A DNA stretch of 64,000 nt from contig CM075995.1 in assembly GCA_038087875.1 (NCBI GenBank), forward strand, positions 3,536,001-3,600,000, written 5' to 3'. Both the position numbers and the translations under genes were made by a program. Source of the stretch: Malacoraja senta (taxonomy: Eukaryota). The notes under the pieces are model-generated. The model worked only from the letters and a program-made list of their open reading frames with translations, did not search any database and was not told the DNA's origin. This document shows positions 1-11,910 of this stretch, piece after piece (within the stretch, counting starts at the first letter, position 1; every line of letters starts with the position of its first letter).

Positions 1-58
1 CTGAAGTCACACATCAAGAACAGCCAACCCACGAGAGCATCCCATCTTGGGAGCCACA

Positions 59-370
59 TTGGCACAGTGGTAGAGCTGCTGCCTTACAGCGCTTGCAGTG
101 CCGGAGACCCGGGTTCGATCTCGACTACGGGTGCTGTCTGGACGGAGTTTTGCGTCCTCCCCGTGACCTGGGTGGGTTTTGTCCGAGATCTTCGGTTTCC
201 TCCCACACTCCAAAGCCGTACGGATTTGTATGTTAATTGGATTGGTTTAAATGTAAATTGTCCCATATGTGTGTAGGATAGTGTTAGTGTGCGGGGATTG
301 CTGGTTTGTGCGGACTCGGTGGGCTGAAGGGCCTGTTTCTGCGCTGTATCTCCAAACTAAACTAAACTAA
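59..370 (+). mobile_element. tRNA-derived V-SINE (HE1-like elasmobranch SINE)
   Basis: A-box-like GGCACAGTGGTAGAG, B-box GGTTCGATC, V-domain (GGAGTTT..CTCCCCGTGACC..GGTTTCCTCCCAC), CR1-like 3' part GGGCTGAAGGGCCTGTTTC and (CTAAA)n tail. Confidence 0.85.
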
Positions 371-466
371 CCCTCTTACAGCTAAAAGCACTACCTTTAT
401 AAGGTGATGAATTATATAGCAAAGAAAGTCTTAGATTTGAAGTCTTATTACACTGTATCATAGTAA

Positions 467-1235
467 ATAATTAATCATAACTTCTAGGAGCAGAATTAGG
501 CCATTCGGCCCATCAAGTCTACTCTGCCATTCTTTCATTGCTGATCTGTCTTTCCCTCTCAACTCCATTCTCCTGCCTTCTCCACACAATCCTGTACTAA
601 TCCAAAATCTGTCAATCTCCAAAGTTCTATCATATCGTATCGTAAAAATATCCATTGACTTGGCCTCCACAGCCGTTTGTGGCAATGAATTTCTCAGATT
701 CATCACCCTCTGGTTAAATAAATTCCTCCTCATCTCCTAAAGGTACGTCCTTTTATTCTGAGGCAAAGGTCGTTGGACCTAGACTCTCCCACTGGTGGAA
801 ACTGCCTCTCCACATTCACTCTATTCAGGCCTTTCACTATTTGGAAAGTTTCATTGAGGTCCCGCCTCATCCTTCTCAACTCCAGTGACTTTAAACTCCC
901 ATCATATGTTAACCCAATCATTTCTAGGATCAGTCTCATAAACCTCTGCGAAGCCAACCCCAGTGCCAGCAAATCCTTCCTCGGCGATGGGACCCAAAAC
1001 TGCTCACATTGGTCGAAATGCAGTCTGACCAGTGCCTTATAAAGCCTCAGCATTAGACCCTGTTTTTATATTCTAGAAATAAATGCTAGCATTGCATACG
1101 CCTTCCTTACTACCAATTCAACTTGCAAATTAACTTTTGGGGAATCCTGCACCAGCACTCCCAAGTCCCGTTGCACGTCTGATTTCAGAATTCTCTCCCC
1201 ATTTGGAAAATAGTGTACGCCTTTATTCCTATATC
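467..1235 (-). mobile_element. CR1-clade LINE 3' fragment (degenerate RT C-terminus + 3' UTR)
   Basis: ORF 730..1053 LYKALVRLHFDQCEQFW..RRMRRDLNETFQIVKG resembles CR1 ORF2 (LYKALVRPHLEYCVQFW). Confidence 0.85.
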
Positions 1236-1647
1236 CACATGAATATTGTGACAGTATGTGTTCTTTGTATTTTAGACTAGCAAAAAAAAAAAAGGTCTTA
1301 TCTCACATCTAATGATGTTCGGTATAGCAGGACACCTTGGCCTGGTCCCTTTGTTAAATATTTGCTTCGAATATTTTGTCATTATCTGGGTTTTGTGCTG
1401 AAGTGAGTATTTTATTAAAAATTCAGTGGTGGTCTGAAGTGATCCCTTTTGTAACCTCCGTGTGACCGCATTTCAACCAGCTGTTATGCATGTTTCTCTC
1501 AGGGAAGTTCAATTTTGAAAAGGAGGTACAACCTAGATATTAAATCGAGATAACTCAGACACACAAAGAGCCCGATGCTGTTCTTTATGCAGGCTATGGA
1601 TGTCTTCCATTTTACCTCTTACTATTTTCACCAAGTACATCACCACG

Positions 1648-1950
1648 GGCGGAACAGTGGCACAGCGGTAGAGTTGCTGCCTCACAGCGCCAGAGGCCCA
1701 GGTTCGATCCTGACTACGGGTGCTGTATGTTTGAACGTTCTACCCGTGACCGCATGGGTTTTCTCTGAGATCTTCGGCTTCCTCCCACACTCCAAAGACG
1801 TACAGGTTTGTAAGTTAATTGCCTTTGGTAAAATTGTAATTTGTCCCTTGTGTGTCGGAGAGTGTTAGTGTGCGGGGATCGCTGGTCTGTGTGGACTCGG
1901 TGGGCTGAAGGCCCCGTTTCCGCCCGGTAACTCTAAACTAAACTAAACTA
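1648..1950 (+). mobile_element. V-SINE (HE1-like)
   Basis: Same head, V-domain and (CTAAA)n tail as 59-370. Confidence 0.85.
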
Positions 1951-2834
1951 CATCATGCCTTGGATGATATACCTGCCTTGTGCCTCAAAACTGGCTAAAA
2001 ATCCAATGTGTTTCTTCTTTTGTGCATAGATTGCTTTATGATCTTCCTTAATCCAGTTCTGTGTCTCAAGCAATCCCAATATTATTTAAAGAAAGCAGTG
2101 AATCTAATCTAATGTACTTTGGAACACTCTGTCCAACCAGGCCAAGGTGTCCCACCATATCAAACATCAGTAGATCTTAGATAAATCCATGCTTATTCAT
2201 CCAAAACATCAATAATATAAGTGGTCACGATGCTCATGAGAATACTCCGACTGTTTACTTTGGTAAAATGTGAAAAGATTTTTAAGCTATAAACATGCTC
2301 AGGTTAATGAAAGGCAGATGGGTAAAACACATGTGTCTGCCGTGGAGAATTCTTTAACTACTTGAAGACCATTGAACTGCTCGAGTCACTGATTCCACCC
2401 ACTTCACAGACATGGCCCGATTCTTCACAGCATTAGAGTTTGGCAATGCTGAGTTGGAATCCTCTCTGACATACAAGTCACCTATTACTTTAACATAGAA
2501 ACATAGAAAATAGGTGCAGGAGGAGGCCATTTGGCCCTTCGAGCCAGCACCGCCATTCATTGTGATCATGGCTGATCGTCCCTAATCAATAACCCGTGCC
2601 TGCCTTCTCCCCATATACCTTGATTCTACTAGCCTCTAGAGCTCTATCTAACTCTCTCTTAAATCCATCCAATGATTTGGCCTCCACTGCCCTCTGTGGC
2701 AGGGAATTCCACAATATGGCAGGGAATTCCACAAATATCTCCAAACTTTAGAATATAACGGATCACTATCAATGTTTCTAATCTCCTGTTATTGAAAAAT
2801 GTATCCTTGCATTTCTCAACTTCAGTATGAACGG

Positions 2835-3148
2835 TTGTTGGGAGAGTCCAGAAAGAGGGGCCACAGTTTAAGGATAAGGGGTAGGCCATTTAGAATAGAG
2901 ATGAGGAAAAACAATTTCACCCAGAGAGTTGTGAATCTATGGAATTCTCTGAGAAGGCAGTGGAGGCCGATTCTTTGGATGCTTTCAAGAGTGAGTTAGA
3001 TAGGGCTCGTAAAGATAACGGAGTCAAGGGATATGGGGAGAAGCCAGGTACGGGGTACTGATTGTGGATGAACAGCCATGTTCACAGTGAATGACGGTGC
3101 TGACTCGAAGGGCCGATTGGCCTACTCCTGCACCTATTGTCTATTGTT
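2835..3148 (+). mobile_element. CR1 3' end
   Basis: GESRKRGHSLRIRGRPFR..FTQRVVNLWNSL motif followed by the (CTATTGT) tail. Confidence 0.8.
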
Positions 3149-3238
3149 GTTCTTCTCCACCGACCTGCCTCTGAATTTCAATGCTCCATAAACTTTAGAC
3201 ACAACGGGAATTGAGGAATTGAGAAACAGAGGACATAG

Positions 3239-4279
3239 TAGCAATGTTACAAAATTTTGAGATTTAAAAAATAAAGTCTGCAATTTATCCCATCAGATAA
3301 AGCATAAAAAGAAGTTTAATTTGACACTTAATTCACTTTCATATCTTCAGTATTAAAAAAGTTATGGCCATTATCATACTCAGAAATTAGCATCTAGTTC
3401 CCTATTGCTTTTCCATTGACTTAACACAAAAGCTGTGATCGAGGACAGTTAAAAGCCCATAACTTTCTTAAAAATTATGATAACTGAAAGAAATTTTCAG
3501 TTATTATAGATTGAAGCATTGTGAAACAAATATGAAACAATCTTACTTCGAAGACATGAAATTAAAGCATATAATAAGTTAGTTACCTAATTGTAGCTAA
3601 TTACAAAATTCAATTACTAGATCTAAACATCTATCAATTTCTTAAGAATAGATTAACATTTTTAAATAGCCTAAGTGTCCAAATAACATTCACACAATAA
3701 TTCACAATATAACATAATTTTTAAATCTAATTTTCATGAATTTACAGGCCAAATGGAAGGAATTGAATGTTTAATACCTGTAAATTGATGGGGATTTAAA
3801 TCATCTTGCGAGTGAGGATTTCTGGAACGCGATCTTTTGGAACGTTCATTTGCGGTGAATTTAACCCCGTATTGGCATGAAAAATACTGCCGTTAATTCG
3901 GGGAATAAAATCACCGTGTCGCATGAAAAAATGTGAATTAAAGGCTTCTTAAGAAGCACTTTTATACATTTAAAGAAACCACTTTCGTTTACCTGTCCCG
4001 TGTGTGAAATCCGTCCCCGTTATCGGCGTTGACGCTTCAGGAGCTGCTTTTAAAATTACTCTAGCGCTGACATTGACGATTTAATTTTTAAAAAAAATTC
4101 ACAAAACGCCGGTAGGAACGATTTGTCAGCCAAGGCTTGTACTCCAACAAAATATTAACCAGGACAAGGGAGGAGAAACCCACGTTTTAACCCCGCCCCC
4201 CCTTAAAGGCGCCAAAATCGCGCACACGGCCAGTGGCAGAATTACAGCGCGACTGAAGGTAAGTTTTGTAACATACCTA
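3239..4279. mobile_element. Non-autonomous TIR DNA transposon (~1.04 kb, hAT-like termini)
   Basis: Imperfect 16-bp TIRs TAGCAATGTTACAAAA / TTTTGTAACATACCTA; GACATAG duplicated on both sides (3232-3238, 4280-4286); splits a CR1 3' fragment. Confidence 0.75.
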
Positions 4280-4477
4280 GACATAGGTTTAAGGTGAAGG
4301 GGGAAAGATTTAATAGGAAGTAACTTTTTCACACAAAGGGTGGTGTGTGTGTGTAATGAGCTGCCAGAGGAGGTAGATAAGGCAGAGACTATTGCAATGT
4401 TTGAAACAATGGACAGGTACATGGACAGGTTTAGAGGGATATGGGCCAAACACAGGCAGGTGGGACTAGTGTAGATG

Positions 4478-4996
4478 TAGGGTTGCCAACTGTCCCATAT
4501 TAGCCGGGACATCCCGTATATTAGGCTAAATTGGTTTGTCCCATACGGGACCACCCTTGTCCCGTATTTGACTGCTACTACGTAGGTCGAAGTGACTGTC
4601 GGGGCGGAGCGCCGCGTCTGGCCCCGCCTCACCCATCCCGACGTAGTGCAGCCCATGGAGTGCAGAAGCAGCGCCTCGCCCGTGGCCCCGTTGGTTGGCA
4701 GCCCAGCCAGCTGTCCAACCTTCGGACCTTCACTTACCGTCGACACCACCACGCCTCTTTCTCACGACCGATCATCGGTTCATGAGTTGGATGGGATGCC
4801 GGACTTTGTGCGCGACGTCGAGCGGGCCAAAACTCCTCAGCTGGCCCGCTGGCCGGGCTTTGTGTGGAGTCCAGCACCCGGGCCAAGGTATCATTTACCC
4901 AGCCACGGCCGAGTCAGTCACGAATTGCTGTCGGGAATTTGTCCCGTATTTTGACCTTTTGTCCCTTATTTGGGAGTGCGAAAGCTAGCAACCCTA
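4478..4996. mobile_element. hAT-type MITE
   Basis: Termini TAGGGTTGCCAAC...GCTAGCAACCCTA; repeated subterminal GTCCCGTA motifs; inserted in a CR1 3' UTR. Confidence 0.75.
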
Positions 4997-5001
4997 TATC
5001 T

Positions 5002-5033
5002 GTCTGAAGAAGGGTTTCGGCCCGAAACGTTGC
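5002..5033 (+). ncRNA. Putative minimal hammerhead motif in Penelope-type terminal repeat (variant)
   Basis: CTGAAGA-A-GGGT-TTCG-GCCC-GAAAC-GTT; core boxes intact, but the predicted triplet is GUU. Confidence 0.5.
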
Positions 5034-6102
5034 CTATTTCCTTCGCTCCAAAGATGCTGCTGCACCCGCTGAATTTCTCCTGCACTTTTGTCTACCTATA
5101 TAGATGGGACATGTTGGTTGGTGTGGACAAATTGCCGAAGGGCCTGTTTCCATGCTGTATGACACTGTGATTTCATGTCTCTGTGACAAGGAACTACAGA
5201 TGCTGGTTTATAAAAAAGAGACACTAGGTGCTAGAGTGGGTCAGGCAGCATCTCTGGAGAATGTGTATGGGTGATGTTTCAGGTCTGGACCCTACTTCAG
5301 ATTGATTGCAGTAGGGGGGAGAAAGCTGGAAGAGGTGAGGGCCGAACAAAGCCTGGAAAGAGATATGTGCATACAGGTGATGGGGTGCTGAGTGGGGGGA
5401 GGGGGGGGGTTATTGGTAGATGGTTGGACAAAGGCCAGAGATGAAAAGACAAAAAGTAGTGAGACAAGGTGATAAAGTGAGAAGAGGCATGAAGTCAAAT
5501 AAAATAATTATAGGTGGAAGGGAACAGGGAACAGGGGAAAGGGGAAAGGGTGGTACGGGATTTGGGAGAAATGGGTAGGCATCTACGTACGGCACAGTGA
5601 GGTGGGAAGGGAGGGGGCAGCTGAGGTAAGATTGTTTGTCGGTTGTTAACCTAAAACCTAGGAGGTAGTTGAGGCTGGGACTATCCTATCGTTTAGGAAA
5701 CAGTTGGACAGGTACATGGATAGGACAGGTTTGGAGGGTTATGGGCCAAGCGCAGGCGTGGGACTAGGGTCGTTGGGATATTGTTGACCGGTGTGGGCGA
5801 GTTGGGCCGAAGGGCCTGTTTCCACACTGTATCACTCTACAACTCTATGACCCTATGACCCTAATTGGAGAATTTTCACACAAATTTCACACAAAGGGTG
5901 GTGGGTGTTTCGAACGAGCTGCCAGCGGAGGTAGTTGAGGCCTATCGCAATGTTTAAGAAGCAATTGGACAGGTACATGGATAGGACAGGTTGAGAGGGA
6001 CATGGGCCAAATGCGAGCAGGTGGGACTAGTGTAGATGGTACATATTGGTCAGTGTGGGCAGGTTGGACCAAAGGGCACACACTGTATGACTCTATGACT
6101 CT

Positions 6103-6262
6103 AATTCAATGTTCATGCCATTATGTTGTAAGCCATGCAAGCAGAATATGAGGTGCTGTTCCATCAGTTTTTAAGTGGCTTTACTCTGGCAATTTAGGAG
6201 GCCCAGGACAGAAAGATCAGTATAGGAATGGGAAAGGGAGTTAAAATGGTTAGCAACTATGG
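6103..6262 (-). pseudogene. Penelope-like element GIY-YIG endonuclease C-terminal remnant
   Basis: Minus strand reads VANHFNSLSHSYTDLSVLGLLNCQSKAT*KLMEQHLIF..GMNIE, typical of the vertebrate PLE ORF end. Confidence 0.7.
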
Positions 6263-6284
6263 GATCATGCACAAGTGTTTGGTG

Positions 6285-7228
6285 AAAGTGAGGGGGGACC
6301 TCATTGAAACATACAGAATAGTGAAAGCCCTGGATAGAGTGGATGTGGAGAGGATGTGTCAACTAGTGGGAGAGTCTAGGACTAGTCATAGGCTCAGAAT
6401 TAAAGGACGTTCTTTTAGGAAGGAGATGAGGAGAAATTTCTTTAGTCAGAGGGTAGTGAATCGGTGGAATTCTTTGCCACAGAAGGCTGTGGAGGGCAGG
6501 TCAGTGGATATTTTTAAGGCAGAGAAAGATAGATTCTAGATGTGTATAGGTGTCAAAGGTTATGGGGAGAAGGTAGGAGAATGGGGTTATGAGGGAGAGG
6601 TAGATCAGCCATGATTGAATGGCAGAGTAGACCTGATGGGCCAAATTGCCTACTTCTACTCATATTCCTTATGACCTTATGACCTTATAAGTGTCACCTA
6701 ATCTATGCTTGGTCTCACTGACATAAAGAATAATTCAGCATGTGGAGGCTTAGGAAAGGGTGCAGAGGAGGTTTACCAGAATGATGCCTAGATTGGGGGG
6801 GGGGTATTAGTTGAATGGAGAAGCTGGCCAGACTTGGATTGTTTTCTCCAGAACACCAGAGGATGCAAGGGCAACTGGTGGAAATATATTAAATTGTGAG
6901 AAGTAGAGATAAAGTAGACAGTCAGAACCTTTTCCCAGGATGGAAGAATCAAATCCTAGAATGCGCAAGTGTAAGGTGAGAGGGGAAAAGTATAAAGGAG
7001 ATGGGTGGGAGAGGTTGTGTACACAGAGGGTTGTGACTGCCTGTAGCCCACTGCCAGGGGTGGTGGTGGAGGAATATATGGGATGATGTGCAGGCAAATA
7101 AATGTAGGGATGATGCAGGGATATGGATGATGTGCAGGCAACTAAATATTGGTCTTGGTATCGTGTTTGGCACAGATATTGTGGGCCAAAGGGCCAGTTC
7201 CTGTGCTGTACTGTTCTATGTTCTATGT
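6285..7228 (+). mobile_element. Two tandem CR1 3' fragments
   Basis: RGDLIETYRIVKALDRVD..FFSQRVVNRWNSLPQKAVE and tail, then a second, more diverged CR1 3' end. Confidence 0.75.
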
Positions 7229-7555
7229 CCGCTATAGCAAGAGTATTGAGCCTGACACCTATTAAGATGTATTTAATGTGTAAGGAACTGTAGATGCTGG
7301 TTTACACCAAAGATAGACACTGGACACAAAATGCTGCAGTAACTCAGCGGGACAGGCAGCATCACTGGAGAGAAGGAACGGGTGACCTTTCGGGTCTGAA
7401 GAAGGGCCTCGACCTGAAACGTCACCCATTCCTTCTCTCCAGAGATTCTGCCTGGCCCGCTGAGTTACTGCAGGATTTTGTGTCGATCTAAGATGTATTT
7501 AATCTCGCAACCACTGATGCATGAGATTGAGGAGTTGACCAGACAAGATGATAAA

Positions 7556-8168
7556 GGGCCTGTCCCACTTAGGCCATGAGTTCGGCGACTGCCGGAGACT
7601 GTCCCAGTCGTAGCAGGTCGCCGAAAAAGCGGCGACTGGACCCCCCTACGACAATGTCTACAACAAGCTACCGCTTAGTCGACGTCAAGCTACGGCAAGC
7701 TACCGACAACCTGCGACCCAATCGTCGCGACTTAGGATGTCCACCTACGACCACACCTACGACAACCTACGACCACACAGGTGACAACCTACGACAACTG
7801 AAGTCAACCTACATCTGACAAGCTACGACAAGCAACGACCCTGTCGGCGACAACTGATGCCAACTGAAGACAATTCAGTCGCCGGTACCTGTCGCCAACG
7901 TCACCTGGCAACAACCTGCGTCATCCTGGCGACAACCTACGACAGAACCTACAACAGGAGAAGACAAGTTACATCAAGTTACGTCAAGCCCACAGTCGCC
8001 GAAAAGTTTTGAACATTTCAAAATCCAGTGGTGACCAGAAAAACGTTACGACTCTTTAGGCGACTTGAGGAGATTACTCACGACCATACAGGCGTCACCC
8101 CACAACCATGTGGCGACAGCCTAGTCGCCTGTAGTCACCGAACAAAATCACCTAAGTGGGACAGGGAC
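7556..8168. mobile_element. PIF/Harbinger-like MITE (longer variant)
   Basis: TIRs GGGCCTGTCCCACTTAGG / CCTAAGTGGGACAGGG; internal CTACGACAAC-type repeats; same family as 52623-52963. Confidence 0.7.
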
Positions 8169-8526
8169 TTAATGTGCAGCTGCAGAAGCAAATAATGCAG
8201 ACAGGCAAGGAGGCAAAGGCAAGTTTGTACCTGCTTTCTGACTGAACTTCCATGTGATAGATGTGAAAATCCTGCTCAAATATCATGCACACAGTTTTTA
8301 AAAAAGGACAACAAGGATGAAATGAGAATCCTGAGATGATTGGCATCATCTCACTCCAAGACCCCATTCGCCACATATCTTTTCCCATCCACCTAACCTG
8401 GAGAATCCTGTAATGGCACTATCCACTCGGAAACACCAGTGAATTGCCGCTCTCAAGCTGTCCAAAGAGATGCCAGACTCATCCTCTAAATTATTTGTTT
8501 CTTTCACAATTGTGAATATTCCATTG

Positions 8527-8842
8527 TTTAGTTTAGTTTAGAGATACAGCGTGGAAACAGGCCCTTTGGCCCATCGGGTACGCGCCGGCCAGCGATCCCC
8601 GCACACTAAACATTATCTTACACTCACCAGGAACAATTTATACCAAATTAAAACCAAGCCAATTAGCTTACAAACCTGTATGTCTTTGGACTGTGGGAGG
8701 AAACCGGAGCACCCGGAGAAAACCCACGCAGATCACGGGGAGAACGTACAAACTCCATACAGACAGCATTGTAGTCAGGATCGAACTCGGGTCTCTGCCT
8801 CCGTGAGGCAGCAACTCTACCGCTGTGCCACCGTGCTGCCCT
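8527..8842 (-). mobile_element. V-SINE (HE1-like)
   Basis: Reverse-complement copy beginning with the (TTTAG)n tail. Confidence 0.85.
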
Positions 8843-9061
8843 AAATGCTCCAAAATGATACTCTGGACTCAAAGTGCTGATACTTTTTGTTGTTTTTTGC
8901 TCTTGCATGTCTCACCCTGGTCTAATTCTCTGGCCAGTTTGACACTTGCAGATGACCTCTGCAGATGCTTCAGTCGTGGACACTTTCTGCTCTATTTGTT
9001 GATAGACACAAAAAGCTGGAGTGACTCAGCGGGACAGGCAGCACCTCGGGAGAGAAGGAAT

Positions 9062-9093
9062 GGGTGACGTTTCGGGTCGAGACCCTTCTTCAG
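9062..9093 (-). ncRNA. Putative minimal hammerhead ribozyme motif (Penelope terminal repeat)
   Basis: Minus strand CTGAAGA-A-GGGT-CTCG-ACCC-GAAAC-GTC-ACCC: CUGANGA and GAAA boxes, 4-bp stem II, palindromic ACGU stem III, GUC triplet. Confidence 0.6.
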
Positions 9094-9171
9094 AATGGTG
9101 TCAGTGATATCAAGTCTGAAGATGGGTCGAGACCCGAAACGTCACCCATTCCTTCTCTCCCGAGGTGCTGC

Positions 9172-9771
9172 CCAAAGATGCTAGAGGAGCAAGATAGACC
9201 ACTCCTCCGAAATCCAATGGACTGACATGTAGTACGTAACGGAACGTCACGGCCGCCATTTTTTAATGCAAAACGCGACATCTTTGGTAGCGGGGACGGA
9301 CTCCACAGTTATACAATCTGCGCTTACATCAGGTCGCAGGGAAGAGCAAAGATACTGGAGGCTCCTCTAGTATCTTTGGGGGAAGAGGACGTTTCCTCCA
9401 CTCCTGAGTTGATCCAGGACTGATTCTCGGTCCCCCCGATACCAGATGAAGGCGGCCGGCACCAGACTCTCTGTCTGGCGGGAGAGCCTCAAGCGTCGGC
9501 GCTCCCAAGGCAGCAGGCAATGCTCCTCTCGTAACTTTGGTGTAATCCGTTCCAAAGATTGATCCGCTCTATCATCTTTGGTGTAATCCATGTTGTAGGG
9601 AACAGTGTTGTATATAGCATCTATCACTTCACATATTTAGTTAATATTATTGTAAATATTATTATTATTATTGTAAATTGCAGTCCGGTAAAATGGCGTC
9701 AACAATCACCCATGTCATACTACGCTTTTCTTCGCAGAGTGGCGCTTCTTGCTCTGCTCTATAATCTTTGG
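9172..9771. mobile_element. Unclassified TIR element with CCAAAGAT termini and ~6-bp TSD
   Basis: Ends CCAAAGATGCTAGAGGAGCAAGATAGACCACTC / GAGTGG..CTTGCTCTGCTCTATAATCTTTGG; flanks TGCTGC/TGTTGC; interrupts a Penelope terminal repeat. Confidence 0.7.
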
Positions 9772-10275
9772 TGTTGCCTGTCCCGGTGAGTTACTCCAGC
9801 TTTTTGTGTCTATCTTCGGTTTAAACCAGCACCTGCAGTTCCTTCCTACACACTGCTCTATTTGTTTACAGCCAATATAAAAGAATGTTTGTTTCATTAT
9901 CCCAAATAGTTCTAGGCCGAACGTGTGAGAGGTCAGGACCTCAAATCCTAAGCTTTTAAAAAAATAATGATCACTAATAAGAGATAGAACAAAGAACAAT
10001 ACAACACAGGAACAGTCCCTTGTCTGAAGAAGTGTCGCGACCAGAAATGTTACCTGCTCATGTTCTCCAACGATGCTGCCTGACCCCCTGAGTTTCTCCA
10101 GCACTTTGTGTCTTCCTTTGATGTCTGTGCTGTCCATGAAGTCAATCCAAACTAATCGCATGTGCCTAAACGTGGGTCAGTATCCCTCTAGTCACAATTC
10201 TCTAGTCTATTCTCTTGTGCTGCTGCAAGTAAGATTGTCATTGTTCTATCTGGGACATATGACACTCTTGACTCT

Positions 10276-10955
10276 GGGACGATGGTGGAGAGGGTCAAGA
10301 ACTTCAAATTCCTGGGTGTGCATATTTCCGAAGATCTTTCCTGGTCCCAGCACACTGATGCAATTATAAAGAAGGCACATCAGCGCCTCTAATTCCTGAG
10401 AAGATTACAGAGAGTAGGTATGTCAAGGAGGACTCTCTCGAACTTCTATAGGTGCACAGTAGAGAGCATGCTGACCGGTTGCATCGTGGCTTGGTTCGGC
10501 AACTAAACGTCCAGGAGCGGAAAAGAATGCAGAAAGTTGTGATCACAGCCCAGTCCATCGTCGGCTCTGACCTCCCCACCATCGAAGGGATCTATCGCAG
10601 TCGCTGCCTCAAAAAGGCTGCCAGCATCATCAAGGACCCACACCATCCTGGCCACACACTCAACTCTCCGTTGCCATCGGGAAGAAGGTACAGGAGCTTG
10701 AAATCTGGAACATCCAGTTTCAGGAAAACTTCTTCCCCACAGCCATCAGGCTATTAAACACGACATCAAACAAACTCTGAACTATAACAGCCTATTACAC
10801 TTTATCTGTTTATTTATGTGTATATGTATGGTCTATGGTATATAGACACACTGAACTTCTGTATTATGCTTACAATATTCTGTTGTGCTGCAGCAAGCAG
10901 GGATTTAATTGTCTTATCTGGGACACATGACAATAAAACTCTCTTGATTTGACTC
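10276..10955 (+). mobile_element. Rex1/Babar-type LINE 3' fragment
   Basis: VERVKNFKFLGVHISEDLSW..KKAHQRL*FLRRL..LSNFYRCTVESMLTGCIVAWFG..IIKDPHHPGH; 3' UTR ending GACAATAAA. Confidence 0.8.
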
Positions 10956-11005
10956 CTCATGCCTCAGATGGTAAATATTTCATTGATATAAATAATTCAT
11001 ATTAC

Positions 11006-11910
11006 CTGAAGAAGACAAACGTCTTGGGGCAGGATGCAGAGGCGCCGCCTGTCATCACCATCGACGACTACGAACTTGATGCTGTCCATCAGTTCACGTA
11101 CCTCGGCTCCACCATCACCGACAACCTCTCTTTGGACACAGAGATTGATAAGAGGATCGGGAAGGCAGTTACAACTCTCGCTCGCCTCACAACTCGAGTG
11201 TGGGCCAACCCAAAGCTGACAGTGAAGACAAAGATAGCAGTCTACAATGCCCGTGTCATCAGCACACTGCTGTACGGCAGTGAGACATGGACTACATATG
11301 CCAGGCAGGAGAGAAGATTCAACACCTTCCACCTGAGAAGCATCCGCCGTATACTGGGCATATCCTGGCAAGCCAGAGTGTCCAACGCCGAGATTCTGTC
11401 TCATGCTGGCCTTCCCAGTATGTACACTCTACTCAGGCAGCGCAGACTGCGGTGGCTGGGCCATGTCCACCGCATGGAGGATGGCCGTATCCCAAAAGAC
11501 ATCCTCTATGGAGAGCCTACATCTGGGAGGAGAACCATCGGCCGCCCCCAGCTACGTTACAAGGATGTCTGCAAGAGAGATATGAAGGCGCTAGACATCG
11601 ATGTGGAGTCCTGGGAGAGCCTTGCAGCTGACAGCACGAGGTGGAGAGGTACCCTGAACCAACATCTCAAAACGGGGGAAGAGAAACTGTTGAACGCAGC
11701 GGCAGACAAGCGGGCACGCAGAAAGGAGCGCAGCAACTTCAACAAACCAGAGACCACACACAAATGTGACCTTTGCGATGGAGACTGTCACTCCCGCATT
11801 GGTGTCTTCAGCCACAAGCGACGCTGCTCTAGCCGAGGTTTGGAGCAAGCAGCCAACAACTAGGATGCATCACCCATGGTCAGTCATGACCGAGGGGGGC
11901 CTACGAACCA
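11006..11910 (+). mobile_element. RTE-clade LINE, 5'-truncated; open RT C-terminal region with C2H2-like zinc finger
   Basis: ORF to 11863: FTYLGSTI..RIGKA..LLYGSETWT..RRLRWLGHVHRMEDGRIPKDILYGE..CDLCDGDCHSRIGVFSHKRRC; short 3' UTR with GGTCA/TGACC hairpin. Confidence 0.9.

Noticed and set aside
59..130. tRNA-like sequences at SINE heads
   Set aside because: A/B boxes run directly into the V-domain and no complete cloverleaf forms; these are SINE heads, not tRNA genes.
2341..2440. Exon-looking stretch (GEFFNYLKTIELLESLIPP)
   Set aside because: No convincing splice sites and no recognised protein.
10949..11863. 304-aa ORF as a host CDS
   Set aside because: It is the C-terminal part of an RTE RT, and the first ~19 codons are flanking sequence.
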